Below are positions 8,362-16,727 of a DNA stretch of 64,000 nucleotides, piece after piece. Numbering within the stretch: position 1 is the first letter of the stretch; each line of letters begins with the position of its first letter. Source of the DNA: an uncultured Clostridium sp. (lineage in GTDB: Bacteria > Bacillota > Clostridia > TANB77 > CAG-508); contig CAKNRV010000001.1 of NCBI GenBank assembly GCA_930991035.1, positions 58,705 through 122,704 of the forward strand. Reading direction: 5' to 3'. Below the pieces are notes generated by a model that did no database searches, had not been told where the DNA came from, and saw only the letters and a list, made by a program, of their open reading frames with translations. The translations under genes and the position numbers were made by a program.

Positions 8362-10197
8362 ATGGCTTATGATGGTTTAGTAAATTATTCAGTTGTTCAA
8401 GAGTTAAAAAGCAAATTAATAGACGGTAAAGTTGATAAAATATATGAACCAAATTCAGAGGAAATTGTTTTAAGTATATATTCAGAAGGTATAAAATATG
8501 CTTTAGATTTAGTAGTTAATTCACATTATTATAGAGCTAATTTAACTACAAATGCTAAGCCCAACCCTTCTCAAGCTCCCAATTTTTGTATGACTCTTAG
8601 AAAATATTTAATAGGAACACATATAACTAATATATATACTAATAACCTAGAAAGAATTATTTTTATAGATTTTGAAGGATACAATAAATCAAAGGATTTT
8701 TCTAATAAAAGGCTAATTATTGAGTTAATGGGAAAATACAGCAATATAACTTTGGTTGATAATAAAAATATAATATTGGATTCTTTAAAGCATTTTTACA
8801 TTAATTCTGGTTCACATAGAAATGTATATCCAGGTGTGGTTTTTGAGTTACCAAACTCTGATAAAATAGATATATTCGAGATTAAAGATTGCGACGAGTT
8901 TTTCACAGTTTTAGAAAACAATTCGAAAAGACTAGAAACTGACAAATTATCTAAAATTATTCCTAATACATTTACTGGAATAAGTACATCTTCTATTTTA
9001 GCTTTTGAAGAAATTTTAAGTATACCAGATTCTTGTAGCAAAGAGTCAAGCAATTCTCTATTCGAATATATTATGAGCATTATTAATAATACAGATAATA
9101 CTATTTGTATTGAGTATGGCAAAGATTACTGTTTAAAAATTGCAAAAGACTATCAAGAAGACGATTTTAAAAAGATTTATATTGATGCTGAAGTATCAAC
9201 TAAAAGTAAAAACGATATAAATAGTCTTGAAATGGCTAATAATGAAGTTAATACAAGTGAAGTCAATAGTAACAATACAGACTTCAAAACAAATAGATTA
9301 CAAATCAATTTCTTTTTAGACGATTATTATACCAATAAAGAAACTAAGGCTATTTTTACAAATTACAGAGATAATCTTTTGAAGTTGATTTTAAATAAAT
9401 TGCATAAACTTAATAATAAGTTAGACACCATTAATAGCAAATTACAGGAATGCAAAGAAGCCGAAAAATACAAATTATATGGAGAGCTTATTACATCTAA
9501 CTTATATAGAATTGACGACCATAACAAGAGTTCAATCACATTAGAAAATTATTATGACAATAATAATCTAATTGAAATGCCACTTGATAGTAGCATCTCC
9601 CCTTCTATGAATGCTAAAAGATTTTTCAAAAAATATAAAAAATTAAAAAATGCTAAATCTATTGTAGACGAGCAAAAAAACTCAATACTTGCAGAAATAA
9701 ATTATTTAGAAAGCATTGTTTATGAAATAAACTCTGCGCAAACAATACTTGATATAGATAGCATATATAGCGAAATTCAAGAGTCAGAATTAAAATTAGT
9801 CAATCGTCAAAAAGTAAATAATAAAAAACAGAAATTTACTCAAAAGCAAAATAACTTTGGAGAGCCTTTGCAATTTAATATAGATGGATTTACTGTTTTA
9901 GTTGGCAAAAACAATAAACAAAATGATTATATTACTACAAAACTAGCATCAAAAGACGACATATGGCTTCACGTAAAAGATTTCCACGGTAGTCACGTAA
10001 TTCTTAGAACAGAAAATAAAGTTCCTTCGCAGGAAACGATTAATAAATGTGCTAAACTTGCTAAGGATTATAGTAAAGCAAATAGTTCTGCAAATGTACC
10101 AGTAGATTATACTTTTGTAAAAAATGTAAGAAAGCCAAATGGAAGCAAACCTGGTATGGTAATTTATACAAATAATAAAACTGTTATTGTGAAATAA
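8362..10197 (+). CDS. rqcH: NFACT-family ribosome quality-control protein RqcH (fibronectin-binding protein A-like, with DUF814)
   Basis: N-terminal MAYDGLV... NFACT-N region, a central coiled coil, and a C-terminal DUF814-like FHGSHVILR. The ATG at 8362 is preceded by AGGAGG, so the track start at 8323 (GTG) is unlikely. Confidence 0.8.
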   Translation: MAYDGLVNYSVVQELKSKLIDGKVDKIYEPNSEEIVLSIYSEGIKYALDLVVNSHYYRANLTTNAKPNPSQAPNFCMTLRKYLIGTHITNIYTNNLERIIFIDFEGYNKSKDFSNKRLIIELMGKYSNITLVDNKNIILDSLKHFYINSGSHRNVYPGVVFELPNSDKIDIFEIKDCDEFFTVLENNSKRLETDKLSKIIPNTFTGISTSSILAFEEILSIPDSCSKESSNSLFEYIMSIINNTDNTICIEYGKDYCLKIAKDYQEDDFKKIYIDAEVSTKSKNDINSLEMANNEVNTSEVNSNNTDFKTNRLQINFFLDDYYTNKETKAIFTNYRDNLLKLILNKLHKLNNKLDTINSKLQECKEAEKYKLYGELITSNLYRIDDHNKSSITLENYYDNNNLIEMPLDSSISPSMNAKRFFKKYKKLKNAKSIVDEQKNSILAEINYLESIVYEINSAQTILDIDSIYSEIQESELKLVNRQKVNNKKQKFTQKQNNFGEPLQFNIDGFTVLVGKNNKQNDYITTKLASKDDIWLHVKDFHGSHVILRTENKVPSQETINKCAKLAKDYSKANSSANVPVDYTFVKNVRKPNGSKPGMVIYTNNKTVIVK

Positions 10198-10209
10198 AAC
10201 ATAATGCGT

Positions 10210-10240
10210 GAGGAGGTGTATTCTACACCTCCTCTCTTTT
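10210..10240 (+). terminator. Rho-independent terminator after rqcH
   Basis: Hairpin gaggaggtgta-ttc-tacacctcctc followed by tctttt. Confidence 0.75.
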
Positions 10241-10269
10241 GTGGAGTTTATGAAACTCCGGTCGTGAAC

Positions 10270-10560
10270 TTATTCGATTAGCTGGCCACCTGAGACCAGC
10301 CGCTCGATGTTGAACTGCTCTTTCAGCTTTTTGGCTACCTCACGGTAACCTGAGCCTTGGACTCCTGCCAACCCAACATACAGAGTGTTGGTCTCGGCAT
10401 TGAAGGAACCACCATCGTACTTCATTCCGTACTTTCGAACGAAGTCGGAAATCAGCTCGTACGCCCGTCTGTTGTGTTTAGAGCTAATAGCTCCATCCTT
10501 CAACGGCAAGGTTCTGATTTCGTTTTTCATTTTTTTCGTAGTTGTTGTCATAAAATTCAC
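10270..10560 (-). CDS. Hypothetical 96-aa protein, member A of a divergent paralog pair in a GC-rich islet
   Basis: Clearly higher G+C than the flanks. Uses in-frame CGG codons (10300-10302 and 10465-10467). Aligns with the 10732..11013 product (DG-IS-KHN...Y...GG...T-Y-G-G-G-GY...AKK-E-F-I). Confidence 0.6.
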   Translation of the reverse strand: MNFMTTTTKKMKNEIRTLPLKDGAISSKHNRRAYELISDFVRKYGMKYDGGSFNAETNTLYVGLAGVQGSGYREVAKKLKEQFNIERLVSGGQLIE

Positions 10561-10575
10561 AACCTTTCAAATATT

Positions 10576-10595
10576 TATCCATAACTTGATGGATA
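10576..10595. promoter_or_regulatory. Candidate operator palindrome TATCCAT-N6-ATGGATA, 15 bp upstream of the minus-strand paralog
   Basis: tatccataacttgatggata read directly. A related palindrome lies upstream of the plus-strand paralog. Confidence 0.5.
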
Positions 10596-10687
10596 TACTT
10601 TATTATAGCATTTTTTTTATAATAATGCAAATTTTTATTTTGTAATAGCACCTTGTATTTTTTCCTTTAATGTGCTATAATAAAGTA

Positions 10688-10704
10688 TATCCTAAATAAG
10701 GATA
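10688..10704. promoter_or_regulatory. Candidate operator palindrome TATCCT-N5-AGGATA upstream of the plus-strand paralog
   Basis: tatcctaaataaggata read directly. It shares TATCC/GGATA half-sites with 10576-10595. Confidence 0.5.
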
Positions 10705-10731
10705 AATTTTTAGAAAAGGTTGGGTTAAACT

Positions 10732-11013
10732 ATGATGAAGGCTCTAACGAACGAAGAACGGACCAAAATGCTCAGTTGTGAGGACGGTGTCATAAGCAGA
10801 AAACACAACGCCGATTTTTACAATGCACTCGAAAGCTTTTGCTATCCGAATTACGGTGTGCATTTTGAAGGTGGTTGCTATGATTCCGCCAATGATACTT
10901 ACTATCTTGGCTTTTCCGGAATTCCCGGAACTGGATATGATATCTTGGCAAAGAAGGTGCGTGAGCACTTTGGAATCGTGAATATGTACGCAGATGGCAT
11001 ACGTGTGAGATAA
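10732..11013 (+). CDS. Hypothetical 93-aa protein, member B of the divergent paralog pair
   Basis: GC-rich, with an in-frame CGG at 10759-10761. Paralogous to the 10270..10560 product. The antisense ORF 10744..11067 is a shadow. Confidence 0.6.
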   Translation: MMKALTNEERTKMLSCEDGVISRKHNADFYNALESFCYPNYGVHFEGGCYDSANDTYYLGFSGIPGTGYDILAKKVREHFGIVNMYADGIRVR

Positions 11014-11043
11014 CTCAACTAGAAGCCTGATTTGGGCTTTCCT

Positions 11044-11078
11044 AAAAAGAGGAAATGTGAAATACATTTCCTCTTTTT
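11044..11078 (+). terminator. Rho-independent terminator
   Basis: 15-bp perfect stem aaaaagaggaaatgt / acatttcctcttttt with loop gaaat and a T-run. Confidence 0.8.
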
Positions 11079-11179
11079 AGTTCAGGACTAAATTTGTATC
11101 TTGCATTATTTTACATAATATGTTATAATTTTACACAGTTACACAATGTTGTAACTAATAAATTTTAGGAGGGTCCGGT

Positions 11180-11539
11180 ATGGCCAAAATCGTTCAAGTA
11201 CGGATATTCCCAAATATCAACAGAAAATCAAGCCTGTTAAACTTTTTAATTCCAATTGATATTGATTGGAATGACGAAACTGCAAAGGATGATATCCTTG
11301 ACCAGTTGCTGTACAAGAAACTACCTCAACAATATATCGAGGAAAATGGATTGATCAAAAAAATAAGAAAAAAAGTTGGCAAAACCGATATCGCGTTGGT
11401 AAAAAACAACACTGGTGTATATGTTGCAATTTTTGCCTATGGCATTTCTAATGACAAGGTAACAGAGACTTTGAGCCACGTGCGAGAGCTCGTTGGAACA
11501 CTTAAAGTACTTTCCACACCATATTACCCTAGTGAATAA
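11180..11539 (+). CDS. Hypothetical 119-aa protein (third gene of the islet)
   Basis: ORF preceded by AGGAGGG and followed by a strong terminator. I recognise no motif. Confidence 0.5.
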   Translation: MAKIVQVRIFPNINRKSSLLNFLIPIDIDWNDETAKDDILDQLLYKKLPQQYIEENGLIKKIRKKVGKTDIALVKNNTGVYVAIFAYGISNDKVTETLSHVRELVGTLKVLSTPYYPSE

Positions 11540-11546
11540 CTCCTAG

Positions 11547-11578
11547 AAAAGCACCTGTAAATTACAGGTGCTTTTTTT
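11547..11578. terminator. Bidirectional terminator shared by the 11180..11539 gene and the alcohol dehydrogenase gene
   Basis: Hairpin gcacctgta-aat-tacaggtgc flanked by an A-run upstream and a T-run downstream. Confidence 0.75.
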
Positions 11579-11580
11579 GA

Positions 11581-12738
11581 TTACATAGCTTCTTCATATA
11601 ATTTAATAAAATCTTCTCTTGTAACTTCTCTTGGGTTTCCTGGTTTGCAAGGATCTTCCATTGCTTTATCGGCAAGCATTGGTATATCTTCTTGCTTTCC
11701 TCCAACCTCTCCTACTGTTTGAGTTATTCCAACTTTTTCTGATAAATCTTTTATTTTCTCGCAGAAAGTTTTGATAACTTCTTCTTTAGTAAATTTAGTT
11801 GCATCTGTATGGAAAGCCTGAGTTAAAATTTCTCTGTATTCCTCATAACTTGTTTCTCCATTGAATTTCATAACTGTTGGAAGAAGTATAGCATTTGCTA
11901 AACCGTGAGGTGTATCATATACAGCTCCTAATTGATGCGCCATAGAGTGAACTATACCAAGACCAACATTTGAGAATGCCATACCTGCTATATATTGGCC
12001 AAGCCCCATATTATTTATTGCTTCTTGGTCTCTTTCATTTACAGCTTTCTCTAGGTTATCATATATTAATTGAATAGCTTTCATAGAAAACATTTGTGAC
12101 ATTGTATTTCTATTTTTTGTAATATATCCTTCTATTGCATGTGTTAAAGCATCCATTCCTGTTGAAGCAGCAATAGATTTTGGCATAGAAGCCATAAGCT
12201 CTGTATCAACTATTGCAATAATTGGAATGTCGTGCTCGTCAACACATACCATTTTTATTTCTCTTTCAGGGTCTGTTATAACATAATTTATAGTAACCTC
12301 TGCAGCTGTTCCAGCTGTTGTTGGAAGTGCTATAATTGGTAATCCTTTATTTTTTGTATTAGATGCACCATTTAAAGAAACTACATCTGCTCTATCAGGG
12401 TTTGTCATAATTATGGATATTGCTTTTGCAGTATCTATACTTGAACCTCCACCTACTGCAACAATTAAATCTGCACCAATTTCTTTGCACATTGCTATAC
12501 CTGCATTTACATTTGCGATTGGTGGGTTTGGAAGTACATCATGATATACTCCATATTCAATTTTTGCTTCATCTAATATATCTGTTACTTTTTTGCTAAC
12601 TCCTACTTCATATAAAGATTTGTCTGTAACTACTAAAACTTTTTTAAATCCTCTATTTTTAATCTCATCTGCAAGAACACTTCTTGCACCTTCTCCAAAA
12701 TAAGATGTTTCATTTAAAACAAATTTTGTAACCGCCAT
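11581..12738 (-). CDS. Iron-containing (group III) alcohol dehydrogenase, lactaldehyde/propanediol oxidoreductase-like
   Basis: 385 aa with GGGSSIDTAK and the His-rich metal site (THAIEGY...HSMAHQLG...HG.ANA), typical of the Fe-ADH family. Confidence 0.85.
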   Translation of the reverse strand: MAVTKFVLNETSYFGEGARSVLADEIKNRGFKKVLVVTDKSLYEVGVSKKVTDILDEAKIEYGVYHDVLPNPPIANVNAGIAMCKEIGADLIVAVGGGSSIDTAKAISIIMTNPDRADVVSLNGASNTKNKGLPIIALPTTAGTAAEVTINYVITDPEREIKMVCVDEHDIPIIAIVDTELMASMPKSIAASTGMDALTHAIEGYITKNRNTMSQMFSMKAIQLIYDNLEKAVNERDQEAINNMGLGQYIAGMAFSNVGLGIVHSMAHQLGAVYDTPHGLANAILLPTVMKFNGETSYEEYREILTQAFHTDATKFTKEEVIKTFCEKIKDLSEKVGITQTVGEVGGKQEDIPMLADKAMEDPCKPGNPREVTREDFIKLYEEAM

Positions 12739-12776
12739 TTTAATTTCCTCCTATTAAATTAACTTTTATTCTTGGC

Positions 12777-12966
12777 AAAACAATACATTTTAGAAAAAAG
12801 AAATTAAACATAGAATTGAAAGTAATTTGAGTATAGAGTTTGTTTTGAAATTTTAATAGGGAATCTCACACACTTGTGAGGACGCTATCAAATTTTCAAA
12901 TATAAACTCTACGAAAATTAGCTTGAACGACATGTTAATTGAATTTTTTCTAAAAGTATTGTTTTT
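12777..12966. repeat. About 190-bp long imperfect palindrome (about 85-bp arms) in the aldh-adh spacer
   Basis: The left arm aaaacaatacattttagaaaaaagaaattaaacat... matches the reverse complement of the right arm ...atgttaattgaattttttctaaaagtattgttttt along most of its length. The central hairpin is ctcacacacttgtgag (12865-12880). Confidence 0.7.
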
Positions 12967-13016
12967 ATTTTTCCTTAGTTGTGGACAAAAGTCAGTAGTT
13001 CTTTTGTCCACGATTA

Positions 13017-14669
13017 TTAAAGTATATTCTTCAAAATAATTGTCTTAATTCTACTCATTTCTTGAAGTGTTGTAAGAACACCTTCGTTTCCTATACCACT
13101 GTGTTTCCATCCGCCAAATGGCATTTCGAATGAGCGATAGAAGCTTGCACCATTTACTATTGCGCCACCACATTCTAGTCTATCTGCAATTTTCATTCCT
13201 AAAGAATAATCTTTAGTTATTACACATCCGCATAGACCGTAAGAAGATTGGTTCGCAATTTCAATTGCTTCTTCCACAGTATCAAATCCTATAACAGAGA
13301 TTACTGGTCCAAAGATTTCCATATCTTTTGCAACTTCCATATCTCTTGTTACATTATCTAATATTGTTGGATAGTAGTATGCGTCTTCTCTCTTTCCTCC
13401 GCAAACTATTGTAGCACCTTCTGCTACCATTTGATTTACTTGCTCTTCAATTCTCTTAGCAGCATTTATATTAATCATTGGTCCCATATCTGTATCTTCT
13501 TTTGTTGGATCTCCAACTTTTAAGTTAGAAATAACTTCTTTCATTCTTTCTATAAATTCTGCCTTTCTTGAATTATGAATTAAGAATCTTTTACTTGCAC
13601 AGCAAACTTGTCCGCCATTGTATAATCTTCCCCAGATGGTTTCTTTTACTGCTAAATCCATATCTCCATCTTCTAAGAAAATGAATGCATCATTTCCACC
13701 AAGTTCTAGCATTACATGTGTTAGGTTTTGTGAGCAAGTTCCCATTGTTTGGATACCTGCTGCAGTTCCACCTGTTAGAGATACTAAATGTACTCCTGGA
13801 TGACGAGCTAATGCTTGTCCTGCTTTTGGGCCGTCACCTGTTAATATTTGAATACATCCTGCTGGAACTCCAGCTTCTAACATTAATTTTACATATTCAA
13901 TTAATGTTAATGGGTTATAGTTTGATGGTTTTACAATTATACTATTTCCCATAAGTAGTGCTGGTGGCACTTTTTGACAGAATAAGTCACTTGGGAAGTT
14001 AAATGGTATAATTGCTGCAATAACACCTATTGGATATCTTTTTGTGATTTGCATTGTTTTTTCTTGACCAGCTTCTTGTCCTGCTGGAATGCTTTCTCCA
14101 TATAAGTGTTTTGCTCTTTCTATAAATGCTCTAACACCTATTCTAACATTTGCTATTTCTCCTCTAGCCTCTTTGATAGGCTTCCCTGTTTCTGCTGTTA
14201 GCAATTGTGCTAGTCTTTCTTTATTTTCTTCTACCAAGTCAACAAATTTATATAATTTGTCAGCTCTTTCATGAATTGGCACTTCTGCCCATTTCTTTTG
14301 CTCTACCATTGCAACTTTTACAGCTTCATCTACATCTTCCTCTGTAACATTTGGAACTGTATCGATAAGCTCACTTGTTGCTGGGTTTACAACTTCTATT
14401 TTAGCTCCATTTGAAGCTTCTTTCCATTCATATCCAATTAAATTTTTCATGCTAGTTTCCCTCCTTTTTTTATCTTGTGTCTCTTCATTGTTCTGAGATT
14501 TTATAACTTGCTTAGAATTAAGTGCCATATTCCAGCTATTTACTTTTTTATTTAATTCATATAACGCCGTACTTTGTTCTCTGGCACTTTTTTCTAAATC
14601 AAATGCTATATCTTCTTCTAAATCCTGCGTCATATTCTGACTGTCTACATTCTCAGTAGACGTTTGCAT
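13017..14669 (-). CDS. NAD(P)-dependent aldehyde dehydrogenase with a possible 73-aa N-terminal extension (alternative canonical start at 14450)
   Basis: ALDH motifs ELGGNDAFIF and GQVCCASKRF (catalytic Glu and Cys). The ATG at 14667-14669 directly abuts the FIST stop (TGAATG). The internal Met at 14448-14450 has a strong AAGGAGGG Shine-Dalgarno sequence and begins the canonical MKNLIGYEWKEA.. ALDH N-terminus. The 73 upstream codons are stop-free despite AT-rich DNA. Confidence 0.8.
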   Translation of the reverse strand: MQTSTENVDSQNMTQDLEEDIAFDLEKSAREQSTALYELNKKVNSWNMALNSKQVIKSQNNEETQDKKRRETSMKNLIGYEWKEASNGAKIEVVNPATSELIDTVPNVTEEDVDEAVKVAMVEQKKWAEVPIHERADKLYKFVDLVEENKERLAQLLTAETGKPIKEARGEIANVRIGVRAFIERAKHLYGESIPAGQEAGQEKTMQITKRYPIGVIAAIIPFNFPSDLFCQKVPPALLMGNSIIVKPSNYNPLTLIEYVKLMLEAGVPAGCIQILTGDGPKAGQALARHPGVHLVSLTGGTAAGIQTMGTCSQNLTHVMLELGGNDAFIFLEDGDMDLAVKETIWGRLYNGGQVCCASKRFLIHNSRKAEFIERMKEVISNLKVGDPTKEDTDMGPMININAAKRIEEQVNQMVAEGATIVCGGKREDAYYYPTILDNVTRDMEVAKDMEIFGPVISVIGFDTVEEAIEIANQSSYGLCGCVITKDYSLGMKIADRLECGGAIVNGASFYRSFEMPFGGWKHSGIGNEGVLTTLQEMSRIKTIILKNIL

Positions 14670-15836
14670 TCATTTTGCTATAGCTGTGAAAGAAAGCATT
14701 AATCCTCCACAAGTATTTGCTCCGTGATCTCTTGAACCATATTCACCAAATGTAAATATTGTCATAAATGGAACATCACCGGCTTCTTTCTTTAATTGTT
14801 TTGCAACTTCGTCTATTCTATCTCCAATTCCTAACTTTCTTCCACCGCAGTGAACTAGTAAATATGCTCCAACATCTTGTTTTAAGTTCTTTTTAGCTTC
14901 TTTCATAGCTTTGCCAGTAGAATCAATTAGCTCGTCAACAGTTGCTTCCATTTGAATTACTGCTGTGTTTACTGCTAAATTGTTTCCTATATTCATTGAA
15001 TAATCATCATTTCCATTCATTGGGTGACGAATTGCTACTAAATCTCCCAATCTATCTTTTACTCCAAGTGGTGCTAATATTGTTTGAGAAAGTAAGTTAC
15101 CACCTGCTAAATCTTTTAATTTTTTGCCTGTCCAAGAAGAATATTTCTTCATTGCAGGTTCTCCATCTATTTCTACTAATGTTCTTTTTCCACTTATTTT
15201 TGTAATAACACCTGAATTTGTTGTTTCGTGATATGCACCTGTGTACACATTTGCCATTGGCTTATCTGTATAGAAGAATGCTACAGCACATCCATCAGAA
15301 AATACTGTATCATTTGTGTAAATACTCCACTCTCCTGATACTGTGTTATCTGCTGCACTACCTCCAAAGAAAGGTACTCTACCAATAACATCTTCAATTC
15401 CTTTTAGATAATCTTCCTCTTCTGCTGGAGAAGCTACCATATAGAAATAAGCTGGTGCTTTATCTTGTCCTGCTTTTTCCATTGCTTCTTTTGCAAGCAT
15501 TCTACCTGTTGCTCTTGCATCTTTTTGTTTTGCTGATCCTGCAACTCCTACAGTTGTATCTGGATCTCCAATTGCCATAATTCCTACAAATCCATTTGGT
15601 GAAGAAATATATCCATCTGGAACTATAATTCCTCCACTTGATGTACAACCAATAATTGGTGCTGTACCAAGTTCAGCTTTCGCTCCCTCTAGTACTTTCT
15701 TAACATCATTATCAGCTGATGTGTAAACAAATGCTACCTTTGTTTGAACTAAATCTACGACAGCCTTCTTTGCTGAGGCTCTTCCTGCTTCAAAATTATC
15801 TGCTTCTGTGCTCCATCCAATGTTTGCTTTTAACAT
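14670..15836 (-). CDS. FIST-domain protein (FIST_N plus FIST_C), stand-alone
   Basis: 388 aa. The N-terminus reads ...AFVYTSADNDVKKVLEGAKAELGTAPIIGCTSSGGII... and the C-terminus ...LVHCGGRKL...FTFGEYG..., typical of the FIST architecture. No output domain. Confidence 0.7.
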   Translation of the reverse strand: MLKANIGWSTEADNFEAGRASAKKAVVDLVQTKVAFVYTSADNDVKKVLEGAKAELGTAPIIGCTSSGGIIVPDGYISSPNGFVGIMAIGDPDTTVGVAGSAKQKDARATGRMLAKEAMEKAGQDKAPAYFYMVASPAEEEDYLKGIEDVIGRVPFFGGSAADNTVSGEWSIYTNDTVFSDGCAVAFFYTDKPMANVYTGAYHETTNSGVITKISGKRTLVEIDGEPAMKKYSSWTGKKLKDLAGGNLLSQTILAPLGVKDRLGDLVAIRHPMNGNDDYSMNIGNNLAVNTAVIQMEATVDELIDSTGKAMKEAKKNLKQDVGAYLLVHCGGRKLGIGDRIDEVAKQLKKEAGDVPFMTIFTFGEYGSRDHGANTCGGLMLSFTAIAK

Positions 15837-16037
15837 ATAAATTCCTCCTTTGTCTTTAATAAATTTATATATAAATTCATTATAACCGAATTATATACTT
15901 AATATTCTTTTTTGACAATAATTTTTACAAAAAAGTCACAAATTTTTTTATATAGCAAATCCATTGCTAAATTTATAAAAACATTGTATACTATTAGCAT
16001 AGCACATTTTTATTTTAAACAAAAAGGAGCTGTGATT

Positions 16038-16691
16038 ATGAATATAATCTTGCCAACTCAAAATCTTCGGACTAATCGTTTGAGGATTGAAAACGGTATT
16101 TTGTATTTGCGGTATGGCCAATCATTCCAGGACATAATGTATGATTTAACATACTTTATGAAGGGTAAAAATTTTTGTTACTACTGTAAGAAAAAAGTTC
16201 CACGGAACCAGATAACTATGGATCATTTTTATCCGCGTTGTACTGGCGGACCTACTATTCCACAAAATTTGTACCCCGCTTGTAAAAAATGTAATACAGA
16301 AAAAGCCAATATGACTTATGGTCAATTTCTCGATTATTTAGAATTGACTACTGAGGAGCAACAAAAGAAATATCGGTTAAGAATTAATTCAATAAAAAAA
16401 GGATTAAATGCTATTGGAATGTATGAATTTCCATATTCTTGGATTACTCCAGTAAAGGTTTCAGAAGTTCATACCCAAATAGATTTTGCCAATATTTCTG
16501 AAACAAAGTTCAAAAAAGAAAAAGCATATTACAAAAAACATCACAACTTTAAGAAACCTATTATATTAGACAGAAATTTATATTCTCTTGATGGTTTTTA
16601 TGTGCTGTTTGTAGCCAAGGCGTGTGAAGTTGATTATATCCCTGCCATAATTTTAGAAAATGTAGAGATTCATACTTCAAATTCAAAATAA
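16038..16691 (+). CDS. HNH endonuclease fused to a degenerate ParB/Srx-like C-terminal domain; looks foreign
   Basis: ATG at 16038 after AAGGAG. HNH core: CYYCKKKV...MDHFYP...GG...NL.PACKKCNTEK. The C-terminus PIILDRNLYSLDGFYVLFVAKACEVDYIPAIIL resembles the ParB N-domain, with DGFY in place of DGHHR. Four in-frame CGG codons (16068, 16110, 16203, 16374) and higher G+C than the flanks. Confidence 0.7.
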   Translation: MNIILPTQNLRTNRLRIENGILYLRYGQSFQDIMYDLTYFMKGKNFCYYCKKKVPRNQITMDHFYPRCTGGPTIPQNLYPACKKCNTEKANMTYGQFLDYLELTTEEQQKKYRLRINSIKKGLNAIGMYEFPYSWITPVKVSEVHTQIDFANISETKFKKEKAYYKKHHNFKKPIILDRNLYSLDGFYVLFVAKACEVDYIPAIILENVEIHTSNSK

Positions 16692-16695
16692 AAAG

Positions 16696-16727
16696 GAAGG
16701 TGGCTTAGTCCACCTTTCTTTCATTTT
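16696..16727 (+). terminator. Terminator after the HNH gene, overlapping the 3' end of the convergent GGDEF-EAL gene
   Basis: Hairpin aaggtgg-cttagt-ccacctt followed by a T-rich run. Confidence 0.6.
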
